Origin: Ylistrum balloti
Taxonomy: Eukaryota
DNA length: 64,000 nucleotides
NCBI RefSeq assembly: GCF_031769215.1
Contig: NW_026782140.1
Coordinates: 186,001-250,000, forward strand
Direction: 5' to 3'
A program made the translations under genes and the position numbers. Shown piece by piece: positions 1-14,300 of the stretch. Position 1 is the first letter of the stretch, and each line of letters starts with the position of its first letter. The notes beneath the pieces are model-generated. The model was given only the letters and a program-made list of their open reading frames with translations, was not told the DNA's origin and searched no databases.

Positions 1-2237
1 TGTACAATCTGTCATCAGATGTACAATCTACCATCAGATGTACAATCTACCATCAGATGTACAAACCTACCATCAGATGTACAATCTGTCATCAGATGTA
101 CAATCTGTCATCAGATGTACAATCTACCATCAGATGTACAAACCTACCATCAGATGTACAATCTACCATTAGATGTACAATCTACCATCAGATGTACAAT
201 CTACCATCAGATGTACAATCTACCATCAGATGTACAAACCTACCATTAGATGTACAAACCTATCATCAGATGCACAATCTACCATCAGATGTACAATCTA
301 CCATCAGATGTACAATCTACCATCAGATGTACAAACCTACCATCAGATGTACAAACCTACCATTAGATGTACAAACCTATCATCAGATGCACAATCTACC
401 ATCAGATGTACAAACCTACCATCAGATGTACAATCCACCATCAGATGTACAAACCTACCATCAGATGTACAATCTACCATCAGATGTACAAACCTACCAT
501 CAGATGTACAAGCCTATCATCAGATGTACAAACCTATCATCACATGTACAAACCTACCATTAGATGTACAAACCTACCATTAGATGTACAAACCTATCAT
601 CAGATGTACAAACCTATCATCAGATGTACAAACCTACCATCAGATGTACAATCTACCATCAGATGTACAAACCTACCATCAGATGTACAAACCTACCATT
701 AGATGTACAAACCTATCATCAGATGTACAAACCTATCATCAGATGTACAAACCTACCATCAGATGTACAATCTACCATCAGATGTACAAACCTACCATCA
801 GATGTACAAATCTACCATCAGATGTACAAACCTACCATCAGATGTACAAACCTATCATCAGATGTACAAACCTACCATCAGATGTACAAACCTACCATCA
901 GATGTACAAACCTACCATCAGATGTACAAACCTACCATCAGATGTACAAACCTACCATTAGATGTACAAACCTATCATCAGATGCACAATCTACCATCAG
1001 ATGTACAATCTACCATCAGATGTACAATCTACCATCAGATGTACAAACCTACCATTAGATGTACAAACCTACCATTAGATGTACAAACCTACCATCAGAT
1101 GTACAAACCTACCATTAGATGTACAAACCTACCATCAGATGTACAAACCTATCATCAGATGCACAATCTACCATCAGATGTACAATCTACCATCAGATGT
1201 ACAATCTACCATCAGATGTACAAACCTACCATTAGATGTACAAACCTACCATTAGATGTACAAACCTACCATCAGATGTACAAACCTACCATTAGATGTA
1301 CAAACCTACCATCAGATGTACAAACCTATCATCACATGCACAATCTACCATCAGATGTACAAACCTATCATCAGATGTACAAGCCTATCATCAGATGTAC
1401 AAACCTATCATCACATGTACAAACCTACCATTACATGTACAAACCTACCATTAGATGTACAAACCTATCATCAGATGTACAAACCTACCATCAGATGTAC
1501 AAACCTACCATCAGATGTACAAACCTACCATCAGATGTACAAGCCTATCATCAGATGTACAAACCTACCATCAGATGTACAAACCTATCATCAGATGTAC
1601 AAACCTACCATTTGATGTACAAACCTACCATTAGATGTACAAACCTATCATCAGATGTACAAACCTACCATTAGATGTACAAGCCTATCATCACATGTAC
1701 AAACCTATCATCAGATGTACAAACCTACCATCAGATGTACAAACCTACCATCAGATGTACAAACCTACCATCAGATGTACAAACCTACCATTAGATGTAC
1801 AAACCTATCATCAGATGCACAATCTACCATCAGATGTACAATCTACCATCAGATGTACAAACCTACCATCAGATGTACAAACCTATCATCACATGCACAA
1901 TCTACCATCAGATGTACAAACCTACCATCAGATGTACAAGCCTATCATCAGATGTACAAACCTACCATCAGATGTACAAACCTATCATCAGATGTACAAA
2001 CCTACCATTTGATGTACAAACCTACCATTAGATGTACAAACCTATCATCAGATGTACAAACCTACCATTAGATGTACAAGCCTATCATCACATGTACAAA
2101 CCTATCATCAGATGTACAAACCTACCATTTGATGTACAAACCTACCATTAGGTGTACAAACCTACCATTAGATGTACAAACCTACCATTAGATGTACAAA
2201 CCTACCATTAGATGTACAAACCTACCATTAGATGTAC
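1..2237. repeat. Minisatellite, 19-20-bp unit CAGATGTACAA(A)CCTACCAT
   Basis: More than 100 near-identical tandem copies; ends about 70 bp before a USH2A acceptor. Confidence 0.97.
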
Positions 2238-2304
2238 ATTCTACCAAATGAAGTTTACTGAAATAAGGTTGAATATATGTTCATTGTGTCCTTGATATTT
2301 ACAG

Positions 2305-5300
2305 AGCCAGGTGACTTTGATCCTCCACTTATTGCAGCTGTGGGTGCTCGATACATTGACATTAACTGGCAGCATCCACTGGAGGCTAATGGAGTCCTCA
2401 AAGAATACAAGATTTACCAAAACAACATGTTCAGAGTCTCGGTAAGTACACGTGTACCAAGTCTGTGTGTTCAGAGTCTCGGTAAGTACACGTGTACCAA
2501 GTCTGTGTGTTCAGAGTCTCGGTAAGTACACGTGTACCAAGTCTGTGTGTTCAGAGTCTCGGTAAGTACACGTGTACCAAGTCTGTGTGTTCAGAGTCTC
2601 GGTAAGTACACGTGTACCAAGTCTGTGTGTTCAGAGTCTCGGTAAGTACACGTGTACCAAGTCTGTGTGTTCAGAGTCTCGGTAAATACACGTGTACCAA
2701 GTCTGTGTGTTCAGAGTCTCGGTAAGTACACGTGTACCAAGTCTGTGTGTTCAGAGTCTCGGTAAGTACACGTGTACCAAGTCTGTGTGTTCAGAGTCTC
2801 GGTAAGTACACGTGTACCAAGTCTGTGTGTTCAGAGTCTCGGTAAGTACATGTGTACCAAGTCTGTGTGTTCAGAGTCTCGGTAAGTACACGTGTACCAA
2901 GTCTGTGTGTTCAGAGTCTCGGTAAGTACACGTGTACCAAGTCTGTGTGTTCAGAGTCTCGGTAAGTACACGTGTACCAAGTCTGTGTGTTCAGACTCTG
3001 GGTAAGTACACGTGTACCAAGTCTGTGTGTTTAAAGTCTCGGTAAGTACACACGTACCAAGTCTGTGTGTTCAGAGTCTCGGTAAGTACATGTGTACTAA
3101 GGATGTGTGTTCAGACTCTCCTTTGGAACATGAATGTACCAACACAGTATGTATTGGCTCTCTGTAAATTTATGATTTCATGTGTACAAGAAACAGTTGA
3201 AATTGTGTTGTGTCCTGATCTGAATCAAAGTCATATCTTAAGAACCTCTCAGCAGGTTTTGTTCATATTTACCACATGGTATTGTAATGTTATGTTCTAC
3301 ACCTGTTCACATTCTGGTTTGCATTGGCATGAAGATTCATGTCTTATGAACATTTTTATTTTTGGACTTTTATTTCTGGTGCAAAGTTCATAAGGCTTTT
3401 AATCATGAGAATATATAACAGATATGGTAGTCATAGCCAGATTGTATCTCTTTTGTCATTCACAGGTGTTGGGCAATGACTCTAGTTACCGTGCCATTGA
3501 CCTTGACCCCTTCACTCTGTATAACTTTGCCCTGGAGGCATGTACTGAGGGTGGTTGTTCCCGTAGCAATGACTCAAGTACTGTACGGACCTTGGAGGAT
3601 GGTGAGATGAGATACCACTATTTAAACAAGAATAATAATTTAGAAATTTGAAGACTTAACATTTTTTCCCATTTCATAGAAAGTAATTGAGGTAGGATCA
3701 AAGGATTTGTGATTTTATTGATATAATTTGTGATTACTGTAAATATTCGCATATAGTGCGCACTCGCGTATAGTGCGCAGGTACTTTTTGGAGATCAGAT
3801 TAAAAAAAAAAAAAATCTACAGAAAAATTAATTGACTGGTCACTGCGACGAAACATTTGATGTGGTCTGATCCATTGATAATTAGGAAACCACAATGAGC
3901 GTGACCCTAACACCTGTAATTACCTTAAGTAAACAAATTTACCCCGGTGACCTAACAAGCAGGAAAGGCTTGGCTGATTGTATAATTAACGGTTAATGAC
4001 AGTTAACACGTTGAGTATGAGGAGACTGATGACACCCGGCTTGGGCTGAACGCGTACTATTGGTCAGAAAACGATGTTGTTTTAACTGTCTGAACATTTT
4101 CAATCCTACCTTGTCCCCATAAAAGCAGGTGGTGTGTTCAGTATAGGCATGATCTTTCATGGTATCTGTACCCACCGCGGTATCCGAAGGTATTTAATGA
4201 TAGATTGTTTACACCGACTTCGACATGGGGAAACTGCGAACGCCATTTGACTACGCCGAGAGACTGGAGTTTCGTGCCGCCGGTCGCCACTTCGACATTC
4301 CAGAGTGAAATATCAAGGCACGGAAGAAAGAAAAGACTGTTTAAAGTCCCAACCACTGACCAGAAGGGCTGACATAGGTGCGACAGCGAAACACCCAGAG
4401 ATGGAGAGAGAGAGCTGTTCAACTTTGTATGCGATCGCCGATATCCCGGCATCGCTGCCAGTACAACAGAACTGCGCGTGCGGGCCATGCAGATCAAGAT
4501 AGGTCATGGGGTCACCAACTTTGGGCATCAGTGGGATGGGCTGTCCGATTTATGAACAGAACGACAATCGCCTAAAAACTTCCGGATTCATTGAATTCCA
4601 CAGATACATCATCAAAATGACGGGAAATGAAAAAAAATTAGATTCACCGTAATGCTAGCGTGAATGGCAGATGATTAAAACATTTTATTTTTTTGTTGTT
4701 TTTATCTCCAAACTATCATATAAGAACGACGACTTTTACATATAACTATGTGCAGGGAGGTAATCTAATATGGTGGATGCAGAACTCGGGAATGATAACC
4801 CCAGGAATGGCATGTACCTGCGTATAGTGTGCACCCCCTTTTTGACACGACAGTTTCAGCTTAAAAAAGTGTGCACTATACGCGAATATTTACGGTACAT
4901 GCACTTGAAAATTTTACAACTTGTCTTAGTTATAGTTTTTACTTTAAATTAAAGTTTTACCGATCAAATTAAAAACTAGACTGATGGGTGTGTTCTGAAT
5001 TTCTGACAGTGTATCTTGGACTACATTTCCATCCAGTTTCTTCCAGGCAATAACTTTTGTCCCTTATACCCAGAATCCATGTCAGTGAACAAAAAACATC
5101 TTTCTTCACTTTTTTCCCATCCCAGTTCCTGATGGATTGGAACCACCCACAGTGACGTCCTTGACTCCAACTTCTGTTGAGATTAAATGGACTGCCCCTC
5201 AGCTTCCCAATGGCCTTGTCAGTGCCTATGAGTTGGAGCGGCAGGCAAACGGGTCAGAGAACATTTACTCTATTCGGACAGTTCTGCCTACATCAGCCTT

Positions 5301-8300
5301 GATATATGTTGATGATGCTGCAGAACTGTCACCTTTTACCACATATTACTACCGTGTGAAGGCTGTTAATGGTGCAGGGTCTTCGGCTAGTGACTGGGCA
5401 GTCCTTACCACCATGTCCTCAAGTATGTTTGACCTTTGTCTTGTCATTACTTATACCTGTGTTATTGTGTAACATTCTTTTGAAACAGTTTGCTTAATTT
5501 TCATAGATATTCTACTTCTATATCTATCATATTTTTGAAATATCAGAAATAAAATAATTATATATTCATAAATGCCTTGAACTAAACATATACCATAAAA
5601 GGTGTTTAATTGTTGTTGTATCTGCATTCATTATTTTTATCATAACTTAACTGAAGGACCAACTGGGATGTTACCGCCAAATGTCCAGGTTCTTGGGCCC
5701 CGTGCTCTGCGTATCACATGGCAAACACCTCAGAAGCCAAATGGTCTTCTAGAGATGTATGTGGTTCGCCTTCCTGTACCTCGCCAAGAAATCAGAAATA
5801 CAAGTGTGTTGACACTGAACGTGACTGATCTCCTGCCCTTCAGCACATTTTCAGTGACTGTCACTGCATGTACTGGTGAGATATAAAACTTCAAATTTCT
5901 CAGGCCATGAAAGTTTTTAATGAAAATTCATCATACTTTGAATTAGATTTATTGACTGTTTATATATGTAGTATCCTACATTGAATTTATCTTATAAACA
6001 TTCAACACTAAAACAAATGTTACCTAGTGCAAATTGATTCAATTTGATCCTATGGTACATGGTGGAAACATTTTAACTCTTTAGTAAAAGGTTGAATGCA
6101 TGTATAAAACTGTTTATAATCTTTACCTTCAAGATGTAGTTCATTAATCATGGTGTTTATGTTTCCTTCTCTCTCTTATACATCTGATTCATTAACACAC
6201 TCCTAATACATTGGTCATTTTTACAGATGGGGGCTGCACAGAGAGTCCTGCCGTCAGTGTGAGAACTGACCCCACTATACCTGAGGGTCAGGACCCTCCC
6301 ATTCCACACCCTGTGTCCCAGAATATGATAGCCATAGCTTGGCAAGGTCCAAGTTTAACCAATGGGCCCAATATCAGATTTGAACTGTCACGAATGAAGA
6401 TTTTGCAACCACTTATAAGTATGTAATATTGAAATGCTTTCAAGTGATACTTTTACTTATATTAGTCTCCAACATACATATTGATTTTCTTTCAAATACT
6501 CGGTGATCATGAAGTCTATATAGAATGTCATAGAATATCACCAAAAACAATGCCCTATTGAATCAGCATATACAATGTTACATTTCCAGCTGATCCTGTT
6601 GGCTTAAATGTGTGGAGCAGTGTGTTCATAGGGACAGTGACTTACTTTGAGGATCGAGGTCTACCATTGTTTACAACCTTTAAATATAGAGTTACAGTCT
6701 ACAATGATGTTGGTCAGCTGACCAGTGATGCTTCAAGGGAGGTAACTACATATGGGGGATTCCCAAGGAAGGCTGCAAATGTGACAGTGGTACCTCTGGA
6801 TCATGTGACTCTGCGAGTGGACTGGGTAACCCCAAGTATGTAGTCCTTACAGACAGAAAACCTTAATCTCTCAAATCAGATCTCAACCAATATTGACATT
6901 TATTTCTAGTTTAAGATGTTGTTACCTGTTATACTAGATAAGATATTGGGTATTCCTTTCCCTGTTGTCTGTTATACTAGATAAGATATTGGGTATTCCT
7001 TTCCCTGTTACCTGTTATACTAGATAAGATATTGGGTATTCCTTTCCCTGTTACCTGTTATACTAGATAAGATATTGGGTATTCCTTTCCTTGTAGCTGT
7101 TATACTAGATAAGATATTGGGTATTCCTTTCCCTGTAGCTGTTATACTAGATAAGATATTGGGTATTCCTTTCCTTGTAGCTGTTATACTAGATAAGATA
7201 TTGGGTATTCCTTTCCCTGTTGTCTGTTATACTAGATAAGATATTGGGTATTCCTTTCCCTGTTGTCTGTTATACTAGATAAGATATTGGGTATTCCTTA
7301 CCCTGTTGTCTGTTATACTAGATAAGATATTGGGTATTCCTTTCCCTGTTGTCTGTTATACTAGATAAGATATTGGGTATTCCTTACCCTGTTGTCTGTT
7401 ATACTAGATAAGATATTGGGTATTCCTTTCCTTGTAGCTGTTATACTAGATAAGATATTGGGTATTCCTTTCCCTGTTGTCTGTTATACTAGATAAGATA
7501 TTGGGTATTCCTTTCCCTGTTGTCTGTTATACTAGATAAGATATTGGGTATTCCTTTCACTGTAGCTGTTATACTAGATAAGATATTGGGTATTCCTTTC
7601 CCTGTTACCTGTTATACTAGATAAGATATTTGGTATTCCTTTCCCTGTTACCTGTTATACTAGATAAGATATTGGGTATTCCTTTCCCTGTTGTCTGTTA
7701 TACTAGATAAGATATTGGGTATTCCTTTCCCTGTTGTCTGTTATACTAGATAAGATATTGGGTATTCCTTTCCCTGTTACCTGTTATACTAGATAAGATA
7801 TTGGGTATTCCTTTCCCTGTTGTCTGTTATACTAGATATGATATTGGGTATTCCTTTCCCTGTTGTCTGTTATACTAGATAAGATATTGGGTATTCCTTT
7901 CACTGTAGCTGTTATACTAGATAAGATATTGGGTATTCCTTTCCCTGTTACCTGTTATACTAGATAAGATATTGGGTATTCCTTTCCCTGTTGTCTGTTA
8001 TACTAGATAAGATATTGGGTATTCCTTTCCCTGTTGTCTGTTATACTAGATAAGATATTGGGTATTCCTTTCCCTGTTGTCTGTTATACTAGATAAGATA
8101 TTGGGTATTCCTTTCCCTGTTACCTGTTATACTAGATAAGATATTGGGTATTCCTTTCCCTGTTGTCTGTTATACTAGATAAGATATTGGGTATTCCTTT
8201 CCCTTTTGCAGATGGTATTACCTGGGTATCATATTTTTCTGTCTATAAACTCTTTTCATAAATATTGCTGTTCAATAATGGCCTGCATTTGGTCTGAGGT

Positions 8301-11300
8301 GTTATGTAGGGTATACAAGATAAAATGTCATACTAGTTGTAAATGTAGGAGTTTAATGCTATGTGTGCTAGAGATATTTTAACTCATGCTTGCCATAGAG
8401 ATTAATACAATTTTTCACCCCTTACGAGGTGAGACAGGTGGTAAGAGAACAATGTCTCATGTCTGTTGAGTCTGTTTCTTCTTTAACCAGACATCACTAT
8501 CACAAATTTTATGTTGTGAGAACAGAAGCTGAATTGGTTCTTATGATGAATAATAGAAAAACATATTTTGGTGCATTGAAATTTTGCATTTGAATGATAT
8601 TCTCGTTAAATGTTAATGAACAGGTGTGGTAGATCTACAGGGATCTGTGATATTGTTCACCCTTGTGGCTGTCAGTAAGATGAGGACTATCAAGCAGGAA
8701 TATACCCCTGACACTCAAGGAATACAGCTGCAGAATCTCACACCCAACACTGAGTATTCTGTTACCCTTACCATCACTATCCATGGTGATGCCCAGATCA
8801 CCAGTTTACCTGTAGAAGCTCAGACTTTAGATGGTGGTAAGTAATGCTGACCTGTGTTTAGAACCTCAAATGGTGACACAGTTGATTTGGTTTCATATTG
8901 TTTAATGTCCTGTCAACAGTTAGGGTCATTTGAGGACAGCCTACCGATGTTTCCAAGGTGAGGCCATGTTTTGTGAGTTTTATGGAACCTGATATATGTT
9001 TGTTTAAGCCGACTTTTGATATTGTGGAAATGTACAACTACACTTGGAATGATCATGGGCAAACTAGGCAAACTATAGGTCATGAATTGCAATACTGACA
9101 CAGGCATCAGATGGAGGTAACTGTTACTGCTAAGGGTCAAGGAATCACAATACTGACACAGGCATCAGATGGAGGTAACTGTTACTGCTAAGGGTCAAGG
9201 AATCACAATACTGACACAGGCATCAGATGGAGGTAACTGTTACTGCTAAGGGTCAAGGAATCACAATACTGACACAGGCTTCAGATGGAGGTAACTGTTA
9301 CTGCTAAGGGTCAAGGAATCACAATACTGACACAGGCTTCAGATGGAGGTAACTGTTACTGCTAAGGGTCAAGGAATCACAATACTGACACAGGCTTCAG
9401 ATGGAGGTAACTATTAGTACTATGGGTCAAGGAATCACAATACTGACACAGGCTTCATATGGAGGTAACTATTAGTACTATAGGTCAAGTTATCACAATA
9501 CTGACACAGGCTTCATATGGAGGTAACTATTAGTACTATAGGTCAAGTTATCACAATACTGACACAGGCTTCATATGGAGGTAACTATTAGTACTATAGG
9601 TCAAGTTATCACAATACTGACAAAGGCTTCAGATGGAGGTAACTATTAGTACTATGGGTCAAGGAATCACAATACTGACAAAGGCTTCAGATGGAGGTAA
9701 CTATTAGTACTATAGGTCAAGTTATCACAATACTGACACAGGCTTCATATGGAGGTAACTATTAGTACTATAGGTCAAGTTATCACATTACTGACACAGG
9801 CTTCAGATGGAGGTAACTATTAGTACTATAGGTCAGAGAATCATAATACAGACACAGGCTTCAGATGGAGGTAACTGTTCTTACTTTGGTTCAAGAAATT
9901 GCAATACTAACACAAGATTCTGATGGAGGTAACTGTCATAACTATGGGTAAAGGAATTGCAATACTGACACAAGATTCAGACTGAGATATAAACCTTTCT
10001 ATAGAACTTCAGAGTAGTGACCCAGGTTTTAATCTAGGTTACATTCCTGGAGAGTTTTGAATCTACCCATGGTAAGGATGGAGGTGAATAACACAAACAT
10101 GTCACCTTTTTAGATGTTAGAAGAAATGAGAAGGATTTTCCAGCTAAGTATGATAGTTTTTGTTAAGAAGGTACATTGGCTGTATATCTGTCTGAAAACA
10201 ATATAATATGCTGTTTTCTTCTGTACTAATTAAATGAAGAAATGCAATTAAATTTATATCACTTATTCTGCCAGACAGAGAAAACAAATCGAGATAAATG
10301 TGGTTGAAAATTTCATAAGTTTTGTTTGTAAAACTTAAAAGACCCAGATCAGTTTCATTTTTCCTAGACTGGGAGTGTTTGAACTATTGGAATTTTTAAA
10401 TATTGGTTCAAACTTCGAAACTCAGATAGTTGTATACTGAAGGCTTGTTACAAGGATTGACAGAGAGAGCAAATATACTGAAAGTATAAACAGTTAATCA
10501 TTTAGAATAGGTTAAGGGAATTTGTGGGAAAATGGAAATTATAGCAGTGAAGTTTTTTATACTTGATTTAATAAGATGAAGGATGATTGATTTTTTAAGC
10601 AAGAATGTATAGTTTTGTGGAGATGTCCACGGTGTATATACATTTATATTCTAATGGTAAATTTTGTCTTAAGCAGTTTTTAACAAAACCTGAATATCAA
10701 ACAAAATGCAAAAATCAAATTGTCATCGCATAAAGTGTATATTGAAACTGGTAGATTTAATAATATTGAAAAAATTAATAGAGTTTGCACATATTATACT
10801 AGTGCTGATGTTGGTATCATCTTATTTCAAAATACCAGCATTATAATGATATTATAAAACGCTTTATCAAAAAGTATTATTATTTGAAACCTAGTATGGC
10901 AAAATATATCCCATTCTTGAAAACAGAAAATAATAAAGATTTGTTGAATACAGGAAAATATATCAGTATCAGTAACAAAAGGTGTGTAAATTCTGTAAAT
11001 ATATCTACATTTATAAATATATTATATAAATATACACTTTGATCAGATATGTGTGATGTGTGTGTGTTGTAAGATGTTTTTCATGTGTTTGTACTTGCAC
11101 TGTAGATACATTTGTATATACATTGTACTGATAAATCGTAAGGTTCAATATCATAAATAAATTGAATTAAGTAGAGAAGCTTTACTGTACCCATGTATAC
11201 TTTTAGCACCTGAGGGCCTAGCCAAACCCACCCTGAGTGTTGTCAATGACACAGCATTGAGAGTGGCATGGACCAACCCCGTCAAACCAAACGGAGAGAT

Positions 11301-14300
11301 CACTGGATTTAATGTCATCATCAACAACAATAAGATACCAACAGGGATGGTGACTGCAGGGTCAAAGGTCATCACCCAACTACTTCCCTACACTATCTAC
11401 TCTGTCAAGGTATGTAGATTCAATTATATATATATATATACAGTAAAGGTAGGTGAAAATGTGCAGAAAGTTAGTTTCAAAATGCATGATTGGTGATGCC
11501 AGTATACTATACAGTAGATATTACAAATATATACACACATGACAGACGGTGCAAAGTAATCATATGGAATGGTGCATGGATTCTAATCGGATGAAAGGAA
11601 GTGAGAGTTTAATATGTACCAGAAATGGGGATTCAGAAGTCCAGGAAAAGGAAGGAGGGAATGGGGTGTATGAGAACAGGATGGTGAAGATTTACAGATC
11701 TATAGAAAGAGGAGTGTCTGGAAATGATGAGTTAGAACGATATAGGAAAGTTGTACAAAGATCAATGGTTTGAGATCAGTTAACACACTGCTGAGTAAAA
11801 TACATTTTGTTTTATTCCTTTAGAAGTTTAGAAATTTTATTGTATCTAATTGGAAAATCATACGACTTCACCAAACTATATCTCTCCTTGATGTACAAAA
11901 CACACTCTGTTCCTAATATCAGTTTTTGCTAATTTTTTGTTTTAAGATAGAGAAAAAAGTTTTAATACTATAAATTCAATAACATGTGTGCTGTTGTATA
12001 GGTGGAGGTTTGTACTGTATTTGACTGTACAACCAGCGAGCCTCAACTAATCACTACTGCTGAGACACTTCCTCAACAGTTCACTCCTCCAATGGTGACT
12101 GCCCTTAGCTCTGTTTCTGTCAAGATAGACTGGGCAGCTCCTGAACGTTCCAATGGAATAATTTTACGATATGACCTCTTCCGCAGCACTATCAAGCAAT
12201 GTTCAGAAATGTAAGTCTTCAAATCTTATTTATCTGATGTTTTATTATCCGATCTGCAATGAATTCCAGATCCAATATGTGAAAGGAGACTTTGTTCTGA
12301 CTTTCATTTCCCAAAATATAGAAATCTCCATGGATACATGAACTATAAAGATCAGTAAAGTTTTACCTCTATAATTGGTTTTAATTTCTGTTAGCTGCTT
12401 TGAAATATTAGTGAAGTTTAAATGTTGATATAAATGTATGGCAAGAAAACTTCATCATCTGCTTTTATACTAACCAGTTGTTGATAAGTTGTTAGATGTA
12501 ACAATGTAACAAACCACCATAGTTTTCCTTAGTATTCCTTATACAGGACTTGTAATGTTCAATGTGAATTACTCATAAGAGATCGTATACAAACCGCTGC
12601 AGTGTGAACAGTAGATAAAGTAGATTGTTCAATGTTTTAGCCCCCCAGCAACAATGAGCCCTGAGATCACCAAGTGTACCTATGTAATGTGTGGGATATT
12701 GGAGAACCTTTGTGGGGGTGTATGTTACTCTGGCCCCAAAGTCTGCTGTGATGGAGTCTTACATGACAGTCAGTTGGGCTTTGAATGCTGTGGGCAGGAC
12801 TACACAGCCAAACAGAGCCCTGATGACATCTGTTGTGGTGGACAGTTTCACAGGAAAATCAACGATTACAAGTGCTGCAAAGACAGGTGAGGATAAACAC
12901 ACAACTTGGTCAAGGATCAGGTAACTTGGTCAAGGATCAAGTGATGATAGCCACAAACACAGACAATACAAGCATGCTAAGACAAAGATAGATATCAGAG
13001 AGGAGAGGCACTCATTGGCAGATGGGACAGACAGACTTAAGGACAGAAACACATAGACATACACAAGATAGGCAGTACTGATACACAATAACATATCAGG
13101 TAGGAATGATATACAAGGACATGTGAGGCAGGACACACAAACAAACAAAGACTGGTAGGAAAGACACAACAGAATATTAAATCTAAACTTTTTCTCCTGA
13201 CTTTATAATAAAGACATATATACAGCAAAACATAGGTAAAACTTTCAACAAGGCTTTACACAAAATGATCCATATTACAAAATACTAAATGCACAGGATA
13301 TCTGTGTAGTCTGCACACATGGCACAGTGAGGATTACTAGATATTTTGTGTTTTTACAGATATGTGAGAGTCCAGACTGGTGAAGTCTGCTGTGTAGACA
13401 TGTATGAAGACCGCATCACAGTAGGAGTCGGGGACAGATGCTGTGGGTCTGTACCCTACTCCTACATAGGTGCTCAAGTTTGTTGTGGAGGTATGTATAT
13501 ATGTGACAGGTTATATGTCATAGAAATAATAAGATTTCATTGTGTGAATAAATTGGATGGAAAAATTCAAATAAATCCAAAAAATAAAAAGATATTGAAA
13601 ATAAAATATGTTGTAGAGAACTTGGATGATCTGATAGTGTAATGTTAACATGTCTTAATAGACAAGCTGTATGACGGCTACAATCAGCAGTGTTGTGGTG
13701 GGGAGGTGATTCTCAGTCACATGGCCTGTTGTGGTGATACATACAAGGGAAGTGCCTTCACCACTCGCCCTGGCATGGAGTGTTGTGGACTGAACTACAT
13801 CATTAAGAACCAGACTCTGTGCTGTACCAGTGACACTGGGCATTCTAAGGTAAAGAATTATTGAAAAGATAAAAATATTCCAGGTATTTAATATTTAGCC
13901 CTGTGTGATGAGGATTCTGTAATTTACCGTCTGTATTGACATCAAGAACTATAGAATATTTGTTTACTCTCCTTCAGACCACAAATCTTTTATAGATTTG
14001 TAAGGTTTTGTCTCACCTAAGGAGGATTATATTAAATATCTATTATAATCATTTACATATATATCTCACTGTGGAAAAGCTACACTGCTTTAATTGTAGA
14101 GAACAGATATACATAATTTGAAAAATAGGAAATACATGTTGAAATGTGTCGGCAACAGTTGTAATAGTGGGTAGATTGTGGAAGGGAAGACAGGAGTGTA
14201 TGATGTTTGACCTTTACTGTATGATGTTTGACCTTTACTGTATGTTTGACCTTTACCATATGATGTTTACCTTAACCATATGATGTTTGACCTTTACCGT

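Noticed and set aside
19-2071. Overlapping long ORFs (MYKPTIRCTNLPSDVQTYHQ...)
   Set aside because: Translation of a 19-20-bp minisatellite lacking stops; intronic, with no splice or homology support.
8200-8230. Strong-looking acceptor TTTTGCAG at the end of the 43-bp array
   Set aside because: The 6835-8624 junction already gives a continuous FN3 frame; no convincing exon follows.
11549-11773. Purine-rich 74-aa ORF in a USH2A intron
   Set aside because: No recognisable motif or splice context; possibly a decayed repeat.
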